DNA of 64,000 nucleotides, taken from positions 451 to 64,450 of the forward strand of contig JAGCUI010000057.1 in assembly GCA_017962965.1 (NCBI GenBank), given 5' to 3'. The stretch is from Treponema sp. (lineage in GTDB: Bacteria > Spirochaetota > Spirochaetia > Treponematales > Treponemataceae). Position numbers and translations under genes: made by a program. Under the pieces are notes generated by a model that was given only the letters and a program-made list of their open reading frames with translations, was not told where the DNA came from and made no database searches. Of the stretch, positions 48,535 through 58,081 are shown in pieces (the first letter of the stretch is position 1; the number at the start of each line of letters is the position of its first letter).

Positions 48535-48583
48535 AAAAAACTGTCCGGATACACTCTTACTAAAAGGTATTGAGCAGACAGTT
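48535..48583 (-). terminator. Possible terminator after the che operon
   Basis: Minus strand AACTGTC...GACAGTT imperfect stem followed by a T-run. Confidence 0.45.
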
Positions 48584-48630
48584 CTCTTGTATATTTTTGC
48601 GAAAAAAATATTTTTTTAAGAAGGTTTTAA

Positions 48631-49068
48631 TTACGAACCTAAAACTTTAGAGATGCGTTCCAAAACCTTTTTTCTATCCAATGGTTTTACGATGTAGCTC
48701 TTAGCTCCAAGCATAAGGGATTTCTTTACAAGTTCTTCCTTACCAAGAGCACTTACCATTACAACCTTTGCATTCTTATCAAAAGCCATAATCTGTTCGA
48801 GCGCTGTAATACCATCCATTTTAGGCATTGTGATATCCATTGTAACAATGTCTACCTGAGGGCACAATTCCTTGTACTTTTCTACCCCTTCGGCACCATC
48901 AATGGCTGTGGCTACTACATCATATCCTTCGCTTGCCAGAATCTGACCCAACTGTTTTGCAACGAACATCGAGTCATCTACTACCAATACTTTAAAAGCT
49001 GTTCCATCAGTTTTTACACCTTCTGGTGCACGTTCATTAATATTTGGAAAATCCTGCATAGTCTCCAT
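48631..49068 (-). CDS. cheY: Chemotaxis response regulator CheY
   Basis: VVDDS, MDITMPKMDG, VSA, YIVKP; last gene of cheAWXY. Exact start uncertain. Confidence 0.93.
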   Translation of the reverse strand: METMQDFPNINERAPEGVKTDGTAFKVLVVDDSMFVAKQLGQILASEGYDVVATAIDGAEGVEKYKELCPQVDIVTMDITMPKMDGITALEQIMAFDKNAKVVMVSALGKEELVKKSLMLGAKSYIVKPLDRKKVLERISKVLGS

Positions 49069-49084
49069 CACTCCTATCTAAAAT

Positions 49085-49567
49085 TTATGTACGCTCTCTA
49101 ATTGCGACATTTACTTCGATTTTACCACAGTGAGAAATAAGAGGAACAATAAGTGCCTCAACATTTTCTGTTGCACCACCTAAAGCAGCAATTTCCATCT
49201 TCTGACCAACGAAAAGTGTTGGTGGTGTTAAATCGAATCTAAATCCTAATTCGTGTAATTTAGTAACAGCCTGAGCAGTAATAAGGTTTGCCAATTCACT
49301 GATTGTTGCTTTTGCAAGGTCGTCAAATTCCGGAAGTGTTTCACCATTCATTGCAGATGCAACATTCAAAGCTGTTTCCATGGTCATGTCAAACAAAACA
49401 CGTCCTTCAACGTCTCCGGCAAGACCAACTAATGCAGCAACACCCATAACAGGCATTGCAGTAGATTTCAAGTACAAATCACCACGTTTTACTTCTGCAC
49501 CTCCGAGAACTTCCTGGAGAACTCGGAATGAAGTTTCTACAAACGGGTTAATATATTCTACTCTCAT
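49085..49567 (-). CDS. cheX: Chemotaxis phosphatase CheX
   Basis: YINPF, ELAN, FDLTPP. Confidence 0.93.
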   Translation of the reverse strand: MRVEYINPFVETSFRVLQEVLGGAEVKRGDLYLKSTAMPVMGVAALVGLAGDVEGRVLFDMTMETALNVASAMNGETLPEFDDLAKATISELANLITAQAVTKLHELGFRFDLTPPTLFVGQKMEIAALGGATENVEALIVPLISHCGKIEVNVAIRERT

Positions 49568-49580
49568 ATCATTCCCCTTT

Positions 49581-51038
49581 TTAATCTTTTGTATATGCCG
49601 TTACGGCACCAAAACTTTTTTCACCAAATCCAAATTTAGAAGGAAGGATTTCATTATCACCGATAATTACAATTCCGTTTCCTTTTAATTTTTCCTGGAA
49701 ATCATTGATAATGACTTCCTGAGATGCCTGATCGCAGAACGATAAAACATCCCTTGCAAAAATAATATCTACCATTGGCAGAACATTTGTATTTTTGCAG
49801 TCGTGATATTCAAACATGATGCTGTCTTTAATATCAGCATTGAATGTATATTCACTATTTGCTTTCTGAATCAAATATGAGCCGTACCACTCTTTTGCAA
49901 GGTCCTGAGGAACACTCATAAGACTGGCATTTGAAACATTAAGCAAATCTATATCCTGGGCAAATATTTTAATCTTTGCATCCGGGTATTTCTCTTTAAG
50001 TATACATGCAAGTGAGTAAGCTTCAATACCTTTTCCACAGCCTGGGTTCCAAACAACAATCTGTTTTGCAGAATTATCAGGAAGTATATTCTTGATTGTG
50101 TTAGCATATTCTTCTGACCACCATTCGCCTGTAAATACCGAAGAAAAGCCTTTTAAGAAAGAATCAGCATCGATTGTACTCTGTAATTGAGTATTACCTG
50201 CTCCTCTTTCATCTACCCATGCATTATATCTTCTCTTAACCCACTGGTTATTCAAATCTGAAACAAAGAAGCTCTTATAATTTACAAGGCTTTCTGCAAT
50301 AAACTTAAGGTCTGTTTCGGCCTTAGCAGCATCAACCTTTGGAGCTTGTGGTGCCTGTGCTTCTGCAGCCTTTGGTGCTTCTGCAACAGGTTCAGAAACT
50401 GCTTCTGCCTTCTGCTGACGGATCGGAAAGCCCTGTGGCTGTGAACCTCCCATTGGTGCACCCATAGGAGACGGTGCATTCAATGCTTCTGAAGGGAATG
50501 CAGGCTTAATCTGAGCTTCCTGAGGTGTATCCTTATTTGTAAAGATACGAAGAACATCAAGAAGAACGTAAAGTCTTTTATTATTCTCTACAACACCACT
50601 GATGTATTTAATATTAATATCACCAAACAAAGGATGTGGCGGCTGAATTGTACTTTTCTGAACACCAACTACCTTATCAATCTTATCTACTACAAGACCA
50701 AAAATCTGATCTTCTACAGAAAGAATAAGAAGGTTACGAAGGTTCTTGCCGTTTGATTCCTGTTTTACTTCGATATTAAAGAAGATTCTCAAGTCAAGAA
50801 TTGGAATAATTTCACCACGAAGGTTATATACACCCAAAACGAACGGGAGTGTATTTGGTACATAAGTAAAACGACCTGCCTTTGCAATTTCCTTTACGTG
50901 CATAATATCAATTGCATAGTCTTTGTCGGACAAGGTAAAGGTAACCATTTTAAAATCGATGAATGAGGCTGCTTCTTTCTTTTCTTCTGTCTGTTCGAGT
51001 ACTTTCTGTGCTTCGTCAATTATGTTCTCTGAATCCAT
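49581..51038 (-). CDS. cheW: CheW coupling protein fused to CheR-like domain
   Basis: N-terminal GVYNLRGEIIPILDLR; Pro/Ala linker; C-terminal WNPGCGKGIEAYSLA, DIIFARDVL. Confidence 0.92.
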   Translation of the reverse strand: MDSENIIDEAQKVLEQTEEKKEAASFIDFKMVTFTLSDKDYAIDIMHVKEIAKAGRFTYVPNTLPFVLGVYNLRGEIIPILDLRIFFNIEVKQESNGKNLRNLLILSVEDQIFGLVVDKIDKVVGVQKSTIQPPHPLFGDINIKYISGVVENNKRLYVLLDVLRIFTNKDTPQEAQIKPAFPSEALNAPSPMGAPMGGSQPQGFPIRQQKAEAVSEPVAEAPKAAEAQAPQAPKVDAAKAETDLKFIAESLVNYKSFFVSDLNNQWVKRRYNAWVDERGAGNTQLQSTIDADSFLKGFSSVFTGEWWSEEYANTIKNILPDNSAKQIVVWNPGCGKGIEAYSLACILKEKYPDAKIKIFAQDIDLLNVSNASLMSVPQDLAKEWYGSYLIQKANSEYTFNADIKDSIMFEYHDCKNTNVLPMVDIIFARDVLSFCDQASQEVIINDFQEKLKGNGIVIIGDNEILPSKFGFGEKSFGAVTAYTKD

Positions 51039-51049
51039 ACCAAACCTCT

Positions 51050-53491
51050 TTATGCCTCAAACTGTTCTTTCTGCTGAGCTAAGATTTCCTGACGTACACC
51101 TAAATCAAGAAGCTGACTCACATCAATAATTAATGAAACAGAACCATCACCAAGAATAGAAGCACCGGCAATTCCAGGAGAAACTGTGAACTTATCGCGT
51201 AAAGGCTTGATTACAACATCTTCCTCACCAATAAGTGAATCTACCATAACACCGATTTTCTTTTCCTGTGTACCAACAATTACAATATAACATTCTTCAT
51301 CATTCATATTTGATTCAATATTGAACAGTCTTGAAAGACGAAGAATACTGATTACTTCATTACGAACATTAAGGATTTCGTAGTTATCAATGTGCTGGAG
51401 ATCCTTAATATTAATACACTGACTTTCAATAACGTTTGCAATTGGAATTGAGTAGATTTCTTTTCCAACGCGAACCAAAAGTCCCTGGATAATTGCAAGA
51501 GTGAGAGGAAGCTTGATTGTGAATGTTGTTCCTTCCCCTTTTACAGAACTGATGGAAATATTTCCCTTGAGGTTGTTAATCATTGTCTTAACTACATCAA
51601 GTCCAACTCCACGTCCCGAAATGTTCGAAATCTTGTCTGCTGTAGAGAAGCCCGGCTGCATAATAAGGTTGTATGCTTCCTGATCTGTAAGAGTTTTATC
51701 AGGATGGATAAGACCTTTATCAATAGCCTTCTGGCGGATTTTCTGGACATCAATACCGGCACCGTCATCCTTGATTTCGATAACAATCATGTTACCTTCG
51801 TTAGATGCCTTTAAGAGAACTGTACCTGTTTCATCCTTTCCGGCAGCCTTACGAACTTCCGGAGTTTCAATACCATGGTCTACAGAGTTTCTTACACAGT
51901 GCATGATCGGGTCGAGCAAATCTTCTACTACCGACTTGTCGAGTTCTGTATCTTCACCTTCAATTTCGAGGTTGATTTTTTTGTTTAAGTCCTTCTGTAA
52001 GTCGCGGACAACACGTGGGAATCTTGAGAAAATCTGGTTGATTGGAACCATTCGGATTTTCATTACGCCTTCCTGAAGCTCGCCCGAAATTGTTCCAAGC
52101 TGCTGTGTGTATGAACGGAAGCGGTTTGTAATTCCCTTAATATCTGATTCGTATGCATCAAAGATTGTGTTCATTGAACCGTATTCTTCGAGCATAGATT
52201 TTTTAACATCGTTGAATGATTCACCCTTGCTCAAGCGGTGCCAGTAATCAGGCATTTTGTCGAACAGAGAATGAAGCTTATCCTTATACTGACTTTCGAT
52301 TGACTGCAACTGAGTAAGCTGAGAAGAAGCCTGAAGTGTTAACTGGTTGAAAGAAGCCTTGATGATTACTGCTTCTGAAACGAGATTCAAAAGATTATCG
52401 ATACGCTTTGAATCAACACGGAGGATTGAGCCCTGCTGTACATGAACCTGGGTATCCTTCTTAGGTGCTTCTTTTGCAGCTTCGTTTTTAGCGGCAATTG
52501 ATTTATTAAGCTTTTCAACTTCTGCAGGCTGTCCTGATTCTGTTGCTTCGCTTTCAACTGCGGCTTCTGCTGCTGCCTCTGCCTCGGCTTCTGCTTCTTC
52601 TGCATCAACTTCGTCTGTATGTGCTTCTACCTTTGCAACAGGTAATACAGCATCCGGATTTGCATTGTAATTATCTTCTGTAATTTCTGTGGCATCTGTT
52701 AAAAGAGTAACGTCACTTAAATAAGAAGCGTTTTCGATTGCAGCACCATCCGATGCAGAAGAAATATAATAGTATACATCTTCAAAGAACTGATCTTCGT
52801 ATAATTCATCAAAATCCGGAACAGTCTTTAAGATATTTCCTACATTCTTTAAAGCGGCATAAACCTGGATACCACCAACAGTATTCATAGGGTTACTTTC
52901 ATCAAACTGAACAGCAACACACCAGAGCTTCTGATTTCCTTCGCATGCGCTCTTGAGTTCCTGATATTCTGATTCTGTTAATGGAGGAACCTTCATTTCT
53001 CCTTTCTGCTTGCGCTTTTGTCCGCTTGGAGTTGGTTCCGGAGCAACAGGTGCTTTTGTAACAGTAATTACAGGTGCCTTCTTTCCGCTGCCCTTTTCCG
53101 GTATATATGAATGAAGTGTATTTAATAAGTCATCAATATTTTCTGAATAAACCTGTCCGTTCTGACGTGATTCCAGCATTGCCTTAATAACATCAATCGA
53201 TGTAAGCAAAATATCTACGACTTTTTCATCTACAGAAAGACGATCCGATCTTATTTCATCAAGTACATCTTCTACAGTATGCGTAAAGTGAGAAAGTTCG
53301 TTCATTTCTACAGTAGCTGATCCACCTTTAAGAGTGTGGGCTGCACGGAAGATTTCATCAATAGCTTCATGATTAGTCGGATCGTTTTCAATAACAAGAA
53401 TGTTACTTTCCAACTGTTCAACCTGCTGCTCAGCTTCTGCGAAAAAGTCTTTTAAGAGTTCCTCGTTGTTAGGGTCAAGATAATCACTCAT
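51050..53491 (-). CDS. cheA: Chemotaxis histidine kinase CheA
   Basis: FRAAHTLKG, HCVRNSVDHG, GFSTA, SGRGVGLDVV, C-terminal CheW domain. Start at ATG 53491 (MSDYLD). Confidence 0.97.
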   Translation of the reverse strand: MSDYLDPNNEELLKDFFAEAEQQVEQLESNILVIENDPTNHEAIDEIFRAAHTLKGGSATVEMNELSHFTHTVEDVLDEIRSDRLSVDEKVVDILLTSIDVIKAMLESRQNGQVYSENIDDLLNTLHSYIPEKGSGKKAPVITVTKAPVAPEPTPSGQKRKQKGEMKVPPLTESEYQELKSACEGNQKLWCVAVQFDESNPMNTVGGIQVYAALKNVGNILKTVPDFDELYEDQFFEDVYYYISSASDGAAIENASYLSDVTLLTDATEITEDNYNANPDAVLPVAKVEAHTDEVDAEEAEAEAEAAAEAAVESEATESGQPAEVEKLNKSIAAKNEAAKEAPKKDTQVHVQQGSILRVDSKRIDNLLNLVSEAVIIKASFNQLTLQASSQLTQLQSIESQYKDKLHSLFDKMPDYWHRLSKGESFNDVKKSMLEEYGSMNTIFDAYESDIKGITNRFRSYTQQLGTISGELQEGVMKIRMVPINQIFSRFPRVVRDLQKDLNKKINLEIEGEDTELDKSVVEDLLDPIMHCVRNSVDHGIETPEVRKAAGKDETGTVLLKASNEGNMIVIEIKDDGAGIDVQKIRQKAIDKGLIHPDKTLTDQEAYNLIMQPGFSTADKISNISGRGVGLDVVKTMINNLKGNISISSVKGEGTTFTIKLPLTLAIIQGLLVRVGKEIYSIPIANVIESQCINIKDLQHIDNYEILNVRNEVISILRLSRLFNIESNMNDEECYIVIVGTQEKKIGVMVDSLIGEEDVVIKPLRDKFTVSPGIAGASILGDGSVSLIIDVSQLLDLGVRQEILAQQKEQFEA

Positions 53492-53641
53492 AACCTCTAT
53501 TATATACCGAAAACCATAGTTTTCAAGGGAAAACATTCAATTTTTTAAACAATAAAGAATTAAAGAAACCCCCGAATTCTGCCGAAATTTTAATGTAAAA
53601 CTTTAAATTAGTGGTATTATTCTATATATAGAGGTTTTGTT

Positions 53642-54865
53642 ATGAAGAATATGAAAAAAATCTTTTTGGCCTTATCGCTTTTATTTGTATTTTCAACCGG
53701 CTCACTTTTTGCAGGCTCTTTTTTCAGTGCAAATGTAGGAGGAATGCTCAGCTATAATCCTGATGTTGCACAAACTGAATACGACCCTAACTTAAAGCTC
53801 AACGCTTATATCGAAAGTCAGTTTAACTTTGCAGACAACATCTGGTCGCACTTTAATTTTTCTTTAAAGACAGATGACTTTTTGAGCGTGGATTTATTCA
53901 GCGAAACAGATTCTAAATTCAGAATTGATGAAATCTCTGTAATCATTAAATCTCCTATTGAAGCAAGTACAAACTATTTCGGCGTTTACATGGGTGCTTA
54001 TGATCCTATCGGTTCAGATTTATTCTTCCAGCGCTACTTTGGACTTTTGCCGACTTCTTCTGTACTTACAAAAAGCTGGCTTGGTCAGGCAGGTTCAATC
54101 CTCTACCCTCACTTTGGAATCGGTATTGCAGATGTAGTAAAGCTTCATAATTATCCTTTGGCCTTTGGTCTTTATGCTTACGTTAATAATGAAGATGAAA
54201 AATATTATGTATTTAATGCAGACTTAAGATTCGGCGCAGTTTACCGTTATTTTGCAATTGATATTGCAGGCGGTCTTGGTGCTCCTCTTTCTGATAAATA
54301 TAACGGTGAAGGTGTAATCGTTGTAGTAGACAAGCTTTACTGGCATGCCGGAACAACAATCCTCATCGGAAATAATTATACTCAGAGCCTTTATCTTCAG
54401 GCAGGAATCTTTAATGCTTCATTCACAAAGGATAACGATGCCCTCATCACAGATCCTGATCACATTTATTTCCTTGTTGAACCACGCTTTAGATTCAAGA
54501 ACACACATATGAATATTTCAGCCTGGAGTATTCCAAAAGAATGCGTAGATAATTTCATCTATGTTTCTGATACCCTTGGTGCAAGCGTTGTAGTTTATAA
54601 CGATACACTTTCATGGGGAAGCCATCAGATTAATCTTGGAACAATCTTTAGTCTTTCATTCCCGAATAAAACCTTCCTGGACCTTGCATCCCCATTGCAG
54701 TTATTCGTAAATAGAGACTTTAACGTTGATATTACTCCATATCTTTCTACAAACCTTCTTTCAGGAGAAATTCACTTCCAGTCTACAATCAGAATTATGG
54801 AATTCCTGAGAAACAACTGGTACAACGGAATTACTTTTGAAGTTGGATATAAGACCAGCCTCTAG
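53642..54865 (+). CDS. Hypothetical exported protein, probable outer-membrane beta-barrel
   Basis: Signal peptide; aromatic/Gly-rich amphipathic strands throughout; C-terminal ITFEVGYKTSL. Confidence 0.65.
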   Translation: MKNMKKIFLALSLLFVFSTGSLFAGSFFSANVGGMLSYNPDVAQTEYDPNLKLNAYIESQFNFADNIWSHFNFSLKTDDFLSVDLFSETDSKFRIDEISVIIKSPIEASTNYFGVYMGAYDPIGSDLFFQRYFGLLPTSSVLTKSWLGQAGSILYPHFGIGIADVVKLHNYPLAFGLYAYVNNEDEKYYVFNADLRFGAVYRYFAIDIAGGLGAPLSDKYNGEGVIVVVDKLYWHAGTTILIGNNYTQSLYLQAGIFNASFTKDNDALITDPDHIYFLVEPRFRFKNTHMNISAWSIPKECVDNFIYVSDTLGASVVVYNDTLSWGSHQINLGTIFSLSFPNKTFLDLASPLQLFVNRDFNVDITPYLSTNLLSGEIHFQSTIRIMEFLRNNWYNGITFEVGYKTSL

Positions 54866-54938
54866 TTTTATTCAGTTTTATTGAAAATTTTAACTTCCTC
54901 CTTGCCGATTGTAACTTTTTTTATTAAATTTGATTAAT

Positions 54939-55646
54939 ATGAATATGAGTCAGTCAGAAGAATACATCAGCGAGGAATTTGATATACCAAACCTTCCTGC
55001 AGTAAACGCAGATGAACTTACAACAACAAACGATTTTTATAAGCTCGCATTTCAGTATCAGCGTTTGATGATGGTTTATGAAAGCGCAGTTAAACAGATT
55101 GAAACAAAATTAGATATCCTCAATAAAGAAAGCAAGGTTAATAGAAAAAGAAATCCTATAGAAACCGTAAAATCAAGAATCAAAAGCCCGGACAGTATTG
55201 CAGCCAAGCTTGAAAAAAAGAATCTTCCGGTTACCTTTGATTCAATGATTAAAAACTTAAACGACATTGCAGGCGTGCGTGTAATCTGTCCTTATATTTC
55301 GGACATCTATGCTGTTCGCGACATGCTTTTAAAACAGCCTGATATTACCCTCATTGCACAAAATGATTATATCGAGCAGCCGAAAGAAAGCGGCTACAGA
55401 AGCCTTCACCTTGTAATTGAAATCCCTGTTTATCTTTCCAAAACAGAACACAATGTAAGGGTTGAAATTCAGCTTCGTACAATCGCCATGGATTTCTGGG
55501 CAAGTCTTGAACACGAGCTTCATTATAAAAACACTGCCACAGTTCCGGATTCAGTTCGAAGGGAATTATTCCGTGTTGCAGAAACAATTGCCATGACAGA
55601 CCGCGAAATGGAAGAAATTGCCTTAGAGCTTCAGGCCCTTGATTAA
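54939..55646 (+). CDS. Small alarmone synthetase (RelA/SpoT SYNTH domain, RelP/RelQ-like)
   Basis: RIKSPDS, DIAGVRV, SGYRSLHL, EIQLRTIAMDFWASLEH. Confidence 0.92.
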   Translation: MNMSQSEEYISEEFDIPNLPAVNADELTTTNDFYKLAFQYQRLMMVYESAVKQIETKLDILNKESKVNRKRNPIETVKSRIKSPDSIAAKLEKKNLPVTFDSMIKNLNDIAGVRVICPYISDIYAVRDMLLKQPDITLIAQNDYIEQPKESGYRSLHLVIEIPVYLSKTEHNVRVEIQLRTIAMDFWASLEHELHYKNTATVPDSVRRELFRVAETIAMTDREMEEIALELQALD

Positions 55647-55705
55647 TTTTCCAAATCTTTTTTAATTTCATATTGACTTAACTCCTTTTTACTCTAAACT
55701 AACTT

Positions 55706-58081
55706 ATGAGGCTAAACATGACATTGGACAATCTTAAAACCGGAGAAAGTGCTGTAATTACAAAGGTAGGAGGAAAGGGTGAACTTCGCCAGCATTTTCT
55801 TGATATGGGCGTTATACCCGGAGCAGAGATTAAGCTTATGAAGCTTGCTCCTATGGGCGACCCTATGGAATTAAATATCCATGGCTATGAATTAACCTTA
55901 AGAATTGCAGATGCAAAAAAGATTGAAATCAGTAAAGATTTAAAAGAAGAAACAGACGAAACTGAGCTCAAAAAAGTTATAAACATAAATTATTCAAATG
56001 CAAAAATCAGCCACCCGGGTCTTGGAGAAGGCGGTTTATTCCATATCTATCACAATGCACACGAAGATCCTCTCCCACCCGATGCAAAATTAACCTTTGC
56101 CTTAGCCGGAAATCAGAACTGCGGAAAAACTACCCTCTTTAACCGCCTTACAGGTTCTAATCAGCATGTAGGAAATTTTCCGGGCGTAACTGTAGATCAA
56201 AAAAGCGGAACCATAATAGGAAATCCATTAACAGAAATTACTGACTTACCGGGCATTTATTCTCTTTCTCCATATACAAACGAAGAAATAGTTTCCCGTG
56301 AATTTATTTTAAAGCAAAAGCCAACTGCAATTATCAACATTGTAGATGCTACAAATATAGAAAGAAATCTCTACCTTACATTACAGCTTATGGAGCTTGA
56401 AGTACCTGTTGTTCTTGCCTTGAATATGATGGACGAAATGCACAACAATGGCGGTTCAATTTTGATTAACGAGATGGAAGAGATTTTAGGAATTCCTGTA
56501 GTTCCCATTTCTGCTTCAAAAAATCAGGGTATAGAAGAGCTTATAAACCACGCAATTCATATTGCAACATATCAGGAAAAACCGGGACGTACAGACTTCT
56601 GCGATAAGGATGCAAAGGATGGAGGAGCCGTTCACCGATGTATTCACGCTATCATGCACCTTATTTTTGACCACGCAGAATATGCAGGCATTCCTTTAAG
56701 ATTTGCTGCAACCAAGCTCATAGAAGGAGACGAAAGCATAACAAAGGCATTAAATCTTTCTAAAAACGAGCTTGAAATGATTGAGCACATCATCATCCAG
56801 ATGGAAGAAGAAAGAAAGCTTGATCGTTCGGCAGCAATTGCAGACATGAGATTTAATTTTATTAAAAAACTCTGTAAAAAAACTGTAATAAAACCAACAG
56901 AAAGTAAGGAACACATCCGTTCTACAAAAATCGATAAATTCCTTACAGGAAAATACACAGCAATTCCGGCCTTTGTTGCAATTATGGCTTTGATTTTCTT
57001 TTTGACCTTTAATGTAATAGGCGCCTTTTTGCAGGATATTCTTGAGCTTGGAATAGATAAGCTTACAGCCTGTGTAGATTTATTGATGCAAAAAACAAGC
57101 GTAAACCCTACCCTTCATTCGCTTATAATAGACGGTGTATTTACGGGTGTGGGCTCTGTAATAAGCTTTGTCCCTGTAATTGTTACTTTGTTTTTCTTTT
57201 TGTCCTTACTAGAAGATTCAGGCTACATGGCGCGCGTTGCCTTTGTAATGGATAAGCTTTTAAGAAAGATTGGTCTTTCAGGCAGAAGTATTGTTCCTAT
57301 GCTTATAAGCTTTGGCTGTATGGTTCCGGGCGTTATGGCAAGCAGAACACTTCCTTCTGAACGCGACCGAAAGATGACAATTCTTTTAACACCTTTTATG
57401 AGCTGTACTGCAAAGCTTCCGATTTACGGCTTTATAACCTCTGTTTTCTTTCCAAAGTATTCAGGACTTTTAATGACAGGCCTTTATTTTCTTGGAATTA
57501 TAACTGCCATAATTATTGCGCTTCTTTCCAAGAACACAGTGTTTAAAGGAGAAGCCGTTCCTTTTGTAATGGAGTTACCGAATTACAGAATGCCGGGTGC
57601 TAAAAACGTAGCCTTACTTTTATGGGAAAAGGCAAAGGACTTTTTACAGCGTGCGTTTACTGTAATTTTTATTGCCACAATCGTTATCTGGTTTTTACAG
57701 ACCTTTGATTTTAAATTGAATGTGGTTCAGGATTCCAAGGATAGTATTTTAGCAACAATTGCAGGCTTTATTTCTCCTTTGTTTGCACCGCTTGGCTTTG
57801 GCGACTGGAAATTCTCTACAGCGCTTATTACAGGCTTTATGGCAAAAGAAAGCGTTGTATCGACTCTTCTTGTGCTCTTCTCCACAGAGGGAAGCCTCGT
57901 ATCTATTCTTTCTAATTCTTCGGCACTGGCTTTTCTAACGTTCTGCCTTTTGTACACACCATGCGTTGCGGCCATCGCAGCGGTACGGAGGGAATTGGGG
58001 AAGAGATGGGCGGCTGCGATGGTAATAGGTCAGTGTACCGTTGCCTGGATTGTTGCCTTTATAATTAAGCTTATATTCTAA
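55706..58081 (+). CDS. feoB: Ferrous iron transporter FeoB with fused N-terminal FeoA
   Basis: FeoA SH3 (LDMGVIPG, APMGDP), GNQNCGKT, GNFPGVT, DLPG, NMMD, EDSGYMAR, MELPNY, LYTPC. Confidence 0.96.
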   Translation: MRLNMTLDNLKTGESAVITKVGGKGELRQHFLDMGVIPGAEIKLMKLAPMGDPMELNIHGYELTLRIADAKKIEISKDLKEETDETELKKVININYSNAKISHPGLGEGGLFHIYHNAHEDPLPPDAKLTFALAGNQNCGKTTLFNRLTGSNQHVGNFPGVTVDQKSGTIIGNPLTEITDLPGIYSLSPYTNEEIVSREFILKQKPTAIINIVDATNIERNLYLTLQLMELEVPVVLALNMMDEMHNNGGSILINEMEEILGIPVVPISASKNQGIEELINHAIHIATYQEKPGRTDFCDKDAKDGGAVHRCIHAIMHLIFDHAEYAGIPLRFAATKLIEGDESITKALNLSKNELEMIEHIIIQMEEERKLDRSAAIADMRFNFIKKLCKKTVIKPTESKEHIRSTKIDKFLTGKYTAIPAFVAIMALIFFLTFNVIGAFLQDILELGIDKLTACVDLLMQKTSVNPTLHSLIIDGVFTGVGSVISFVPVIVTLFFFLSLLEDSGYMARVAFVMDKLLRKIGLSGRSIVPMLISFGCMVPGVMASRTLPSERDRKMTILLTPFMSCTAKLPIYGFITSVFFPKYSGLLMTGLYFLGIITAIIIALLSKNTVFKGEAVPFVMELPNYRMPGAKNVALLLWEKAKDFLQRAFTVIFIATIVIWFLQTFDFKLNVVQDSKDSILATIAGFISPLFAPLGFGDWKFSTALITGFMAKESVVSTLLVLFSTEGSLVSILSNSSALAFLTFCLLYTPCVAAIAAVRRELGKRWAAAMVIGQCTVAWIVAFIIKLIF

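Noticed and set aside
49581-51038. CheW-CheR fusion as a novelty
   Set aside because: This is an established spirochete feature (CheW with a CheR-like domain in the cheAWXY operon).
54939-55646. toxSAS toxin-antitoxin module
   Set aside because: It has a typical RelP/RelQ-like sequence and no small adjacent antitoxin ORF.
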